A stretch of 64,000 nt of DNA from Clostridia bacterium. Lineage in GTDB: Bacteria > Bacillota > Clostridia > UBA1212 > UBA1255. Positions 42,211-50,812 of this stretch are shown one piece after another. Every line of letters begins with the position of its first letter. The first letter of the stretch is position 1. A model generated the notes under the pieces. That model had not been told where the DNA came from. It did not search any database and saw only the letters and a program-made list of their open reading frames with translations. Where the stretch lies: positions 11,229-75,228 of the forward strand of contig JAEFAM010000005.1 of NCBI GenBank assembly GCA_016287565.1. The letters are read 5' to 3'. A program made the position numbers and the translations under genes.

Positions 42211-42385
42211 ATGATGCGTGCTTCTCACATGATGTGTGCCCTTCGGGCAAAGATGCGTGCTTCGCACATGATGCCTGCCCTGACGGGCAAATGATGCGCG
42301 CTTCGCGCATGATGACGTTCGCTTCGCTCACTAATACAGCGGTATCAATCCATCATCAGCGCAGCGACATCATCAGCGCAGCGCC
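42211..42385. repeat. REP-like array of ATGATG-delimited small hairpins, plus a distal inverted CATCAT doublet
   Basis: Six units of (A)TGATG/AAGATG plus short GC hairpin (mostly CTTCG-containing), then CATCATCAGCGCAGCG x2. Confidence 0.8.
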
Positions 42386-42386
42386 A

Positions 42387-43760
42387 TTATTTCTTCTTCT
42401 TTTTTATCACCAGCAGCGCAACTACGGCGGCGGCAACGACTACGACACCGGCAACGATACCGATGATAAGGCCGGGATTGACGCCGCTCTTTTCGTTGAC
42501 GTCAACTTCTTTGGGCGCCTCGGTAGCCGGCACTTCCGTGGCAACGTACGTAGGCGGAACGTAGGTGGGCGGCACGGGAGATGTGTACGGGGTGGCGGCG
42601 GTGGCGGGCGCTTTGGTGGGAGTAGCCTCCGGTGTCGGGAACGCGGCGTTTCCTTCGGCCAGCCACTTCTCACCGAACGCCTTGGCGTCGGCTTCGGTGG
42701 CGAAGAAAGCTATGTAATACAGTTCATACTCGCAATGGGCGTTGGAGGGCGATAAGGGGTCCAGGCGTGAATCGGCCAGGTAGCCTTTCCAGTTCTTGTT
42801 CTTGCCCATATTGACCGTAACGTACTGGCAGTCGTCGGTGTTGGCGTAGGTGAACTTCATATCCTTGGGCTCGTCGAATCCCATGTTTTCATCTGTCTGG
42901 AAGAAGAACTGTCCGTTCCTCCCCGCCTCGGAAACGTTAAAGCGGACGCCGATCTGGAGATATTTATAAATCTCGGAATTGACCTCGTATGCCTCGTCGT
43001 CCATACCCACCTGCCCCAGAGGAAGCCCGAAGTACGGGTCGCCGGTAGCTTCCATAACGATGACTTCGCACTTTTTGTCCGGGTCGAAATCGATCGATTC
43101 GATCTCGTTTCCGCTTGACGGGAAGAAAGTGCCGTCGAGGAATCTTTCGTCGTCATCGAATGCGAAAATGACGGGGGGAACGTCGGAGGACTGCTCGGGT
43201 TCTTTGGTAGGCGTCGCAGGCAATTCGCTGCCGGAAGCGTTGTAATAGACTTCCAGGTCCATATTGAAGGGGGTGGTCATCTTGACGATGGTGCCGTCAG
43301 CAAGTTTGCAGAGGAACGTATATTTATGGACGCCCTCCAGTCCGGAAGCGTCTACAGTGATCCAGTAGCGGGAGCAGTACTCGAAGCCCTGTGAAGTGGC
43401 CGCGTTGACAACGTCCTCGCCGGTGGTGGCCTTTTGATCGGGGCTCATCTGGGGAACTCCGTCATCCACCATATAGCCGAAGGAATCGATGTCCTGGCTG
43501 CCGGCCACCCAGCCTCTCACGCCGAAACTCTCGGCGGGGCCGTTGATCACGGAATCGTGGTCGGTCAGATAGTCCGCGCCCTGGCCGTCTACGCCTACGA
43601 CTTCGTTGTTGATCATCACGGAGTCGAATACCACGACGAATTTATTTTCATCGTCTACATAGTCGAAATAGTCTGTGACAGTATCGTCCGCGAAAGTGTG
43701 GATCAGCGCCATTGACGCCGCAATGGCAAGTACGAGAACGACCGATAGCAGTTTTTTCAT
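42387..43760 (-). CDS. Secreted, C-terminally membrane-anchored surface protein with a CBM-like module
   Basis: Start MKKLLSVV after GGAGG; signal peptide; PT-rich stalk; TM followed by KKKKK; no LPxTG. Confidence 0.85.
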   Translation of the reverse strand: MKKLLSVVLVLAIAASMALIHTFADDTVTDYFDYVDDENKFVVVFDSVMINNEVVGVDGQGADYLTDHDSVINGPAESFGVRGWVAGSQDIDSFGYMVDDGVPQMSPDQKATTGEDVVNAATSQGFEYCSRYWITVDASGLEGVHKYTFLCKLADGTIVKMTTPFNMDLEVYYNASGSELPATPTKEPEQSSDVPPVIFAFDDDERFLDGTFFPSSGNEIESIDFDPDKKCEVIVMEATGDPYFGLPLGQVGMDDEAYEVNSEIYKYLQIGVRFNVSEAGRNGQFFFQTDENMGFDEPKDMKFTYANTDDCQYVTVNMGKNKNWKGYLADSRLDPLSPSNAHCEYELYYIAFFATEADAKAFGEKWLAEGNAAFPTPEATPTKAPATAATPYTSPVPPTYVPPTYVATEVPATEAPKEVDVNEKSGVNPGLIIGIVAGVVVVAAAVVALLVIKKKKK

Positions 43761-43798
43761 CTGTCCGACCTCCAAAAAAGTTTTAAAAGTATGATGAA

Positions 43799-43888
43799 AT
43801 TATAAACTTTCCGTCAAAACGTGTCAAACGGGATCTTCGCGCCATCAGGGCGGCCGGTATTTACAAAACACCGCGAGACAGGTATAAT
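43799..43888. promoter_or_regulatory. Divergent sigma-A promoters (surface protein on minus, glpK on plus)
   Basis: Minus: TTGACA-17-TATAAT (43799-43827); plus: TTTACA-17-TATAAT (43860-43888). Confidence 0.75.
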
Positions 43889-43945
43889 TTGACCAGACTA
43901 CCCGGGTACGCATCCTACAATTTGTAAAAGGAGAATAAATTCAAT

Positions 43946-45427
43946 ATGAAAAAGTACATTCTTGCGTTGGACGAAGGAACCACGAGCGCCAGAGCGATAT
44001 TGTTCGACAAAAACATGAACGTCGTCTCCATAGCTCAGAACGAATTCCCCCAGATATTCCCGAAGCCGGGCTGGGTGGAGCAGAATCCCCTTGAAATCTA
44101 CGCCAGCCAGTATGCGGCGATGACCGAATGCGTTGCCCTTTCAGGAGCGGCCCCCGAGGAGATCGCGGCCGTAGGCATCACCAACCAGCGCGAGACCACC
44201 ATTGTCTGGGAAAAGAGCACCGGGCGGCCCGTGTTCAACGCCATCGTGTGGCAATGCCGCCGCACCGCCGGCATATGCGAAAAGCTTGAAGAAGCCGGGC
44301 TTGCCGATAAGATCGCGGAAAAGACGGGGCTCAAGATCGACGCCTATTTCAGCGGCACCAAGATCAAGTGGATCCTGGACAACGTAGAAGGCGCCCGTGA
44401 AAAAGCGGAAGCGGGAGAACTGCTGTTCGGCACCGTGGACACCTGGCTCATGTGGAAACTCTCCTCCGGCCGCATCCATCTGACGGACCACACCAACGCC
44501 TCCCGCACCATGCTGTACAACCTCCGCACCGGAGACTGGGACGAGGAGCTGCTCAAGATACTGGGCATCCCCCGCTCCATGCTGCCCGGGATCGCCCCCA
44601 GCGGCCACCTGTACGGAAACATTGACTTCCTGGGAGTTTCCCTGCCCGTATGCGGCGTTGCCGGAGACCAGCAGTCCGCGCTGTTCGGTCAATGCTGTTT
44701 CGCGCCCGGCGAGATGAAGAACACCTACGGCACCGGCTGCTTCCTGCTGGCCAACACCGGCAGCGACATCGTGCGCAGCAAGAGCGGCCTCATCACCACG
44801 GTGGCGGCAACGCTTGACGGAGAAGCTCGCGAGTACGCGCTGGAAGGCAGCGTTTTCGTAGGCGGCGCCGTTATCAAATGGCTCCGCGACAGCATGAAGC
44901 TTATCGATGAAGCTCACGACAGCGAATATTTCGCCAGAAAGATAAAGGACACCGGCGGCGTATATATGGTACCGGCCTTCAGCGGCCTTGGCGCTCCCTA
45001 CTGGGATATGCACGCCCAGGGCACCATAGTGGGAGTCACCGGCGGAACGGGACGCGCCCACATCATAAGAGCGGCGCTGGAATCCATCGCGTATCAGACG
45101 GAAGACGTTATCCGGTCCGTTTCATCGGATATGGACAAACCTCCCGTGTCCCTTAAAGTCGACGGAGGCGCTTCTGCCAACGGCTTCCTGATGCAGTTCC
45201 AGGCGGATATTTCAGGCCTCGACGTGGTGCGGGCGGATATGAAGGAAGCCACCGCTGCAGGCGCGGCTTATCTGGCGGGATTGACCTGCGGATTCTTTAA
45301 AGACCGCGAAGAGATCAAGGCGCTGGCCTCGGCGGCGAAGATATTCTCCCCCGAAATGGACAACGATACCAGAAAGCAGAAGCTGGACGGATGGCACAGA
45401 GCCATAAAGGCCTGCAGAGCCTATTGA
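43946..45427 (+). CDS. glpK: Glycerol kinase
   Basis: [55 protein letters not shown]. Confidence 0.98.
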   Translation: MKKYILALDEGTTSARAILFDKNMNVVSIAQNEFPQIFPKPGWVEQNPLEIYASQYAAMTECVALSGAAPEEIAAVGITNQRETTIVWEKSTGRPVFNAIVWQCRRTAGICEKLEEAGLADKIAEKTGLKIDAYFSGTKIKWILDNVEGAREKAEAGELLFGTVDTWLMWKLSSGRIHLTDHTNASRTMLYNLRTGDWDEELLKILGIPRSMLPGIAPSGHLYGNIDFLGVSLPVCGVAGDQQSALFGQCCFAPGEMKNTYGTGCFLLANTGSDIVRSKSGLITTVAATLDGEAREYALEGSVFVGGAVIKWLRDSMKLIDEAHDSEYFARKIKDTGGVYMVPAFSGLGAPYWDMHAQGTIVGVTGGTGRAHIIRAALESIAYQTEDVIRSVSSDMDKPPVSLKVDGGASANGFLMQFQADISGLDVVRADMKEATAAGAAYLAGLTCGFFKDREEIKALASAAKIFSPEMDNDTRKQKLDGWHRAIKACRAY

Positions 45428-45474
45428 CGAAGCGAAAAGCGTGAAGCCCGGACCGGCCGGAAGGAGCGAGTCAG

Positions 45475-46395
45475 ATGGAAAAAAAAGAATTCTCGGCAAT
45501 GTCTTCGGACGAAAAGCATCTCCTTAAGGGAGTAGTATACGTGCCTGACGGGCGGCCCAAAGGGCTGATCCAGGTGATCCACGGCATGGCGGAGCACATA
45601 GGCAGGTACGACTACTTTATGACGAAATGCTGCGAGGACGGCTGGCTCGTTTTCGGGTACGACAATCTCGGCCACGGCCGCACAGCCATCGGGGACGGAG
45701 AGCTGGGCTTCATCGCTAAAAAGGACGGCTGGAAATATCTGGTCAAGGACGTTCAGATATTCAAGGAAGCGGTGGTGAAAGAGTACGGCATAAGCCATCC
45801 GTACGTTCTCATCGGCCACAGCATGGGATCGTTTATTGCCCGCCACTCCGCCGTGTCCAATCCCAGGCCGGATAAACTGATCCTGCTGGGTACCGGCGGA
45901 CCTCAGTCCGGCGCAGGAGCCGCGGCCGCCCTTGCCCGGACGCTCAGCGCGGTGAAGGGCCCCGAGCGCAATTCCAAAATGCTGGAGAAGATCATGTTCA
46001 AAGGCTACAACGACCGGTTCAGGGACGAGCCGGACGCGGACGAATACAGCTGGCTCTCCAACGACAAGAACGTCAGGATCAAATATATGACCGACAGGTT
46101 CTGCGGCCACCGTTTCAGCGTTTCGGCCCTGGGAGATCTGCTCAAGCTGGTGGAAAACACGGGAAAGAAGCAGTGCATCGACGCTACCTGCAAGACCATG
46201 CCCATATTCCTGGCTTCGGGAGAAAACGATCCCGTGGGAGACTACGGCGAAGGCGTTGCCAAGGTGGCCAGGATGTTCCACGACAGCGGGGCCAAGATGC
46301 GGCTCAAACTGTATCCGGGCATGAGGCACGAGATATTGAACGATAGTTCCCGGGACGAAGTCATACGGGACATTCTGGAATTCTGCGACAAATAA
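45475..46395 (+). CDS. Alpha/beta hydrolase (lysophospholipase/monoacylglycerol lipase, Hydrolase_4 family)
   Basis: IHGMAEH..RY, GHG, GHSMG nucleophile elbow, DPV, RHEILN. Confidence 0.9.
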   Translation: MEKKEFSAMSSDEKHLLKGVVYVPDGRPKGLIQVIHGMAEHIGRYDYFMTKCCEDGWLVFGYDNLGHGRTAIGDGELGFIAKKDGWKYLVKDVQIFKEAVVKEYGISHPYVLIGHSMGSFIARHSAVSNPRPDKLILLGTGGPQSGAGAAAALARTLSAVKGPERNSKMLEKIMFKGYNDRFRDEPDADEYSWLSNDKNVRIKYMTDRFCGHRFSVSALGDLLKLVENTGKKQCIDATCKTMPIFLASGENDPVGDYGEGVAKVARMFHDSGAKMRLKLYPGMRHEILNDSSRDEVIRDILEFCDK

Positions 46396-46440
46396 CGAAT
46401 AAACCTTGACGCTCCCCCTAAAGGAGCGGCGGACGGTTTT

Positions 46441-46473
46441 TAAAGACAGGTCAAGTACAGGTTAAAGACAGGT
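46441..46473. repeat. 11-bp direct repeat x3 immediately upstream of the SGNH gene
   Basis: TAAAGACAGGT CAAGTACAGGT TAAAGACAGGT. Confidence 0.85.
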
Positions 46474-46480
46474 GACGACG

Positions 46481-47032
46481 ATGAAAAAGATAACATTGCT
46501 TGGAGACTCCATAAGACTTAATTACGAAAACAGAGTGAAAGAACTGCTGGGAGACGGATACGAAGTATTCAGGTACGACGACAACGGCAGATTCGCCCAG
46601 TACACGCTGCGGTCGCTGTTCGACTACCGCCCCTTTATAGAGGGCAGCGACGTGATCCACTGGAACAACGGCCACTGGGATCTATGCGACCTTTTCGGAG
46701 ACGGTTCCTTCACCGATATCGGCCAGTACGCGGCAATGCTCCGTCGCATCGCCACGCTGCTGCTGAAGATCACGCCCAACGTGGTATTCGCCACCACCAC
46801 CCCCGTGAGACCCCAGAATCCGTACAATTCGAACGACGTGATCGACAGGTTCAACCGCGCGGCGATCGAGACGCTGGAGCCCATGGGCGTCAGGATCAAT
46901 GACCTCAACGCGGCGCTTCGGGGAGATATTGACCGTTACATCTGCGACGATCTAATCCACCTCACTCCGGAAGGCATCGAACTGTGCGCCGGAAAAGTGG
47001 TCGAAGCGGTGAAAAGCTTCGAGCTTCAGTGA
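46481..47032 (+). CDS. SGNH/GDSL hydrolase
   Basis: LGDSI block I, WNNGHWD, TTTP, DLIH (DxxH). Confidence 0.9.
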   Translation: MKKITLLGDSIRLNYENRVKELLGDGYEVFRYDDNGRFAQYTLRSLFDYRPFIEGSDVIHWNNGHWDLCDLFGDGSFTDIGQYAAMLRRIATLLLKITPNVVFATTTPVRPQNPYNSNDVIDRFNRAAIETLEPMGVRINDLNAALRGDIDRYICDDLIHLTPEGIELCAGKVVEAVKSFELQ

Positions 47033-47098
47033 CGGGCGGCGCGTTTTTAAAGCGTTTTCCATGTTATTTTAAATTTTTATCTTTTGATCCGAAAAAGC

Positions 47099-47129
47099 GG
47101 AACTGAAGCCTTCTCCCGCGGGTCTGTAT
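47099..47129 (+). promoter_or_regulatory. Candidate ECF-sigma (autoregulatory) promoter
   Basis: GGAACT-17 bp-GTCTGTAT preceded by an AT-rich tract, upstream of the ECF sigma gene. Confidence 0.4.
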
Positions 47130-47203
47130 CAGTGAGGGTCGATTTTAAAACGGTCTGACCTCGAGGGGTTGAGCCCGGATCCGGAATCAGAGAAGGTGTT
47201 TTT

Positions 47204-47755
47204 TTGACCGACGGCGAGATCTTAAAAATGATATCAGCGCGTGATGAAAGCGGTCTGGCGGAGCTGGAGCGCAAGTATTCCGGCTATTGCCGCACCGTTG
47301 CGTTCAACGTTTTGGGAGACCGGGACGAGGCGGAAGAATGCGTCAACGACGCCTTTTTAAGGATCTGGAACGCCACTGGGAGAGAAACGCCCGAAAAGCT
47401 GAAACCCTACCTGGGCAAGACCGTCAGAAACATTGCCCTCAACCGCTACAGGGACAACAACAATTCCAGACACCGTGTGCTTAGCGCCGCCGGGCCTCTG
47501 GAAGACGCGGACCGCCTGGCCGCGCCTGAGGTCAATTACGACCGCGCCATCACGGTGGCCGCGCTGATCAACGAATTTCTGCACTCTCAGCCCGAGAAGA
47601 AACAGAAGCTCTTTGTAGCGAAATACTATTACGAAATGACGGATGAGGAGATCGCCTCCCTGCTGGGTATCCCCCGGGGCAGCGTCAAGTCCGGCATCAG
47701 CCGTATGAAAAAGGAACTTCGGAGCCGTTTCGAAGAGGAGGGCATCAGCGTATGA
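47204..47755 (+). CDS. ECF-type RNA polymerase sigma factor
   Basis: DEAEECVNDAF..IW, YL..TVRNIALNRYR (region 2); EIASLLGIPRGSVKSGISR (region 4); TTG start. Confidence 0.93.
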   Translation: MTDGEILKMISARDESGLAELERKYSGYCRTVAFNVLGDRDEAEECVNDAFLRIWNATGRETPEKLKPYLGKTVRNIALNRYRDNNNSRHRVLSAAGPLEDADRLAAPEVNYDRAITVAALINEFLHSQPEKKQKLFVAKYYYEMTDEEIASLLGIPRGSVKSGISRMKKELRSRFEEEGISV

Positions 47756-49308
47756 ACGACGACAAGCTTAGATATTACTCAAAACTGATATCCGAGGATC
47801 TGGTTTCAAAAGTGGACCCGGAAAACCCGGAAAAAAGTTCTGAAAAAAAAGGTGCCTCAGGCCGGGTTTCAGGCGGAGTGCTTTCGGCCGTGATCACCGT
47901 GGCGCTGTTTGCGGCGGGAATAGTCATTTCCGTTACGCTGGCTGCCCGGTCCGGGAGCAGGAACAGGCGGGGCGGAGATCAGGAAGGACCCGTTGCCGGA
48001 GCCACCGGCGACGTCTCCCCTGCCACAGCCACTCACGACCCGGAGGAAGAGGATATGGCAGAGTTCGAGAACGCAAAAAAGATAACGTTGACGCTGCCCG
48101 CCGGTATCCTTCCGGAAGGCCTGGAAGGAGGAGCGTACGCGGCAGATATGCGCCAGGTCTATACCGATCTTTTCCTGTCATACGGCCTTCCCTCCTTTGA
48201 CGAAGTGGAGATCAGCGAGACAGGCCGTTTCAGGCTCTTCGTCGACACCTCCGTCCAGTCTATTTTTCAACCTGCGTACCGGAACTCCATAGCGTTTATG
48301 CCCGCAAGGATATGCGTCACAGGAAGGATCGAAGCCTCTCCGGGCAGCGAAGGCGAAGAACCGGAAGGCGCCGCTTTCACAGGACTTCACGCGGGACGGT
48401 CATTTTCTCTGGTGGTCGAAAATCTCGTTTACAGATACGAAGACCAGCTGCCGGAGCATCAGATCCTCGACGCCATCAACTACGAATTAAAACATATGGA
48501 AGGCGCGATCGTCGGCTCGAAAGGGCAGTCGATCGAATGGACGACTCCGGGAAGGAACCGCCAGATCAGCGAGGAAACGCTGGAAAAGTACGTCAACGCA
48601 TTGATAAGCAACGGCGGTCGTTACTCCCTTTCCGCATCCACGTTCAAACGGCTGGACGTCCGGATGATATCCGGCAACGCATTTCTGGTGGAACGTTTAA
48701 ATATGGCTGAAGGCGGAGATCTGTCTGTAGACAGAGGAGACCGGGTATTCGTATACGGTGAAGGGGCCAGACCCGCCTCCATTTCCTACGAGACCGCCAT
48801 TTACGGGGCCACCAGAACGTATACCTTCGATGAAAACGGCCTCCTCACGGGAGCGGTATATCTGATGTGGGACGCCCAGTCCGCGTCGTATAACGTAAAT
48901 TATACCATAGAGACGTTCTCCGGCCCCGGCGGCGAAGAGAACGTGAAGGTCACCCGGGAGGGACCGGATGATCGACGGATCGTCATTCTCAACGGCTCCG
49001 GAAAAGAGATCTACAACGAAACGCAGAAGGACAACACTAAATTTTTCAAGTACACCGCGTACGTGCCCTATCAGCTTCCGGGCAACGAGAATATCACCTG
49101 CATGATCTCAAGCCTCACCATACGCTCCGGCCCGAGGCGGGCATATGCTTACGAAGACCGTTATCTTGCCAACGACTACGGGGCGCTCTTAAATACGCTG
49201 TTGACGGAGGCGGAAGTAGATACGACAGGCTGGGACGGCGCGGCCTTCGAAAGGTATTGCCCCGGAATGACGTTCGACCCGGACAAGGGCTGGCGCCTCG
49301 AGGGCTGA
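47752..49308 (+). CDS. Putative membrane-anchored anti-sigma factor with an unknown extracytoplasmic domain
   Basis: ATGA overlap with the ECF sigma; short cytoplasmic N-terminus, single TM (VLSAVITVALFAAGIVISVTLAA), about 450-aa outer domain. Confidence 0.6.
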   Translation: MNDDKLRYYSKLISEDLVSKVDPENPEKSSEKKGASGRVSGGVLSAVITVALFAAGIVISVTLAARSGSRNRRGGDQEGPVAGATGDVSPATATHDPEEEDMAEFENAKKITLTLPAGILPEGLEGGAYAADMRQVYTDLFLSYGLPSFDEVEISETGRFRLFVDTSVQSIFQPAYRNSIAFMPARICVTGRIEASPGSEGEEPEGAAFTGLHAGRSFSLVVENLVYRYEDQLPEHQILDAINYELKHMEGAIVGSKGQSIEWTTPGRNRQISEETLEKYVNALISNGGRYSLSASTFKRLDVRMISGNAFLVERLNMAEGGDLSVDRGDRVFVYGEGARPASISYETAIYGATRTYTFDENGLLTGAVYLMWDAQSASYNVNYTIETFSGPGGEENVKVTREGPDDRRIVILNGSGKEIYNETQKDNTKFFKYTAYVPYQLPGNENITCMISSLTIRSGPRRAYAYEDRYLANDYGALLNTLLTEAEVDTTGWDGAAFERYCPGMTFDPDKGWRLEG

Positions 49309-49482
49309 ACCCGCCTGCGCTCGACCTCACGCCCCGAGGAGCAATAGCCCGGGCGCGTTATCGCTCCCCTCCCTTCCCCCCTATGGCAGAAAAAGCAGTT
49401 GACAATTTCGCGAAAAAAGGGTAGCATAGGAACGGTATTTTTTGGCCGTGACGTTGCCAAAGGGCGGAAGGAGTTATCCCTG

Positions 49483-50037
49483 ATGAAGAAACTGGTATTA
49501 TATACGAGCGTTGACGGAAATACGGACGCGGTGGCTCATGCGATCGCCGAAAGGATCGGAGCCGATACTGCGCGTCTGGTGCGCGTTAAGCGCGTTAAGG
49601 GCTTCGGCTTTTTCAACAATCTGAAGCTCCGTATGGAAGTGCTTCACCATAAGAAGCCCGACATATTCCCCTTCAAATGGGACCCCCGCGACTACGACCT
49701 GATCTTTATAGGCACGCCTGTGTGGTACGATTCGTACAACCCCGTGTACAACACCCTGTTCAACGTCATCAAGATCTACGACAGAAAAGTAGCTCTGTTC
49801 TCCACCGGCGAGAAAGAGGACACGAAAGCCCTCACCAAGCTGGCCAACGACTGGCTGAAGGAGTCGGTGGTGCTGGACACGAAGCACTGCGTGGAGCCCA
49901 TCTGGTGCGACGAGGAATCCGAGACCCAGGCCATCCTGAACGATATGGCTGACTGGGCGGAAAGGATCTCCGAGCGCGCCGAGAAGATGATCGAGCAGGA
50001 AGAGCTGGAGCGCAGAAAGACCATCTACAAGTACTAA
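49483..50037 (+). CDS. Flavodoxin-like protein
   Basis: YTSVDGNT FMN loop, YDLIFIGTPVW, VALFST; upstream TTGACA-17-TAGCAT at 49399-49427. Confidence 0.82.
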   Translation: MKKLVLYTSVDGNTDAVAHAIAERIGADTARLVRVKRVKGFGFFNNLKLRMEVLHHKKPDIFPFKWDPRDYDLIFIGTPVWYDSYNPVYNTLFNVIKIYDRKVALFSTGEKEDTKALTKLANDWLKESVVLDTKHCVEPIWCDEESETQAILNDMADWAERISERAEKMIEQEELERRKTIYKY

Positions 50038-50038
50038 T

Positions 50039-50812
50039 ATGGAATTCAATGATTTGCCCGGAAATTACAGGGAGATGCGGCTTCTTCCATACAAGAAGGA
50101 TCTCGGATATTCCTACGTTTTCGGTCTGTTCCCGGTGATCGAGCTGGCGGATAATCTTCCGTCAGCCCTTTTTCGTATCGTGACCTCTTCCAGGCTGAGC
50201 GAGTCCAACCGGAAGCTGCTGGCCGAAAAAACGGAGTCCCTCGGATTGGCCGTCACTGAGGACGACAGGGCGATAGAGCGCCTCTCTCCTAAAGAGAACT
50301 GTTTCGCCATAGGCGTTTTCAGAAAGTTCGAAGCGGCCGCGGATACGGAGCGGGATCACGTGGTGCTGGTGGATCCGGCGGACAAGGGCAACCTGGGCAA
50401 CATCATAAGGAGCGCCGTAGCTTTCGGCATCAAGGACGTCGTACTTGTGGGCAGGCCCGCGGATCTGTTCGACCCTCACACGGTGCGCGCCTCCATGGGA
50501 GCCATCTTCCGCGTGCGCCCCTCCTTTTACGGTTCCTTCGACGAATACGCCGCTTCGTTCCCCCGCCGTCAATACTACCCCTTTATGCTGAAAGGGAGGC
50601 CCATGGAAGACGCGGTCCCCCGCCGCGATTCGCCGGTATCCCTGATATTCGGCAACGAATCCTCCGGCCTCGACGACAGCTTCCTGTCCGTGGGAGAACC
50701 CCTCCGGATAGGCCAGACGGACGAAGTGGATTCTCTAAATCTTACAGTGGCCGCCGGGATCGCCATGCACTGGCTGGCTTTTTCGGAGCCTTCCCGAGGT
50801 GAACGGAAATGA
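50039..50812 (+). CDS. TrmH/SpoU family RNA 2'-O-methyltransferase
   Basis: GNLGNIIRS, VRASMGA, IFGNESSGL, DSLNLTVAAGI. Confidence 0.92.
   Translation: MEFNDLPGNYREMRLLPYKKDLGYSYVFGLFPVIELADNLPSALFRIVTSSRLSESNRKLLAEKTESLGLAVTEDDRAIERLSPKENCFAIGVFRKFEAAADTERDHVVLVDPADKGNLGNIIRSAVAFGIKDVVLVGRPADLFDPHTVRASMGAIFRVRPSFYGSFDEYAASFPRRQYYPFMLKGRPMEDAVPRRDSPVSLIFGNESSGLDDSFLSVGEPLRIGQTDEVDSLNLTVAAGIAMHWLAFSEPSRGERK

Noticed and set aside
42211-42385. Possible CRISPR array
   Set aside because: Units are about 18-22 bp with no unique spacers and there are no cas genes; treated as REP-like instead
42096-42755. 219-aa ORF with DACF.HD repeats
   Set aside because: Overlaps the tRNA, its terminator and the antisense strand of a real gene; the repeats come from the DNA hairpin array
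42097-43800. Possible genomic island integrated at tRNA-Gln
   Set aside because: No integrase and no duplicated tRNA 3' end (att site) seen in the window
43812-43828. CGTCAAA-ACG-TGTCAAA resembling a CtsR box
   Set aside because: Both heptads and the spacer deviate from RGTCAAA-NAN-RGTCAAA, one heptad is simply the TTGACA -35, and the downstream gene is not a heat-shock gene
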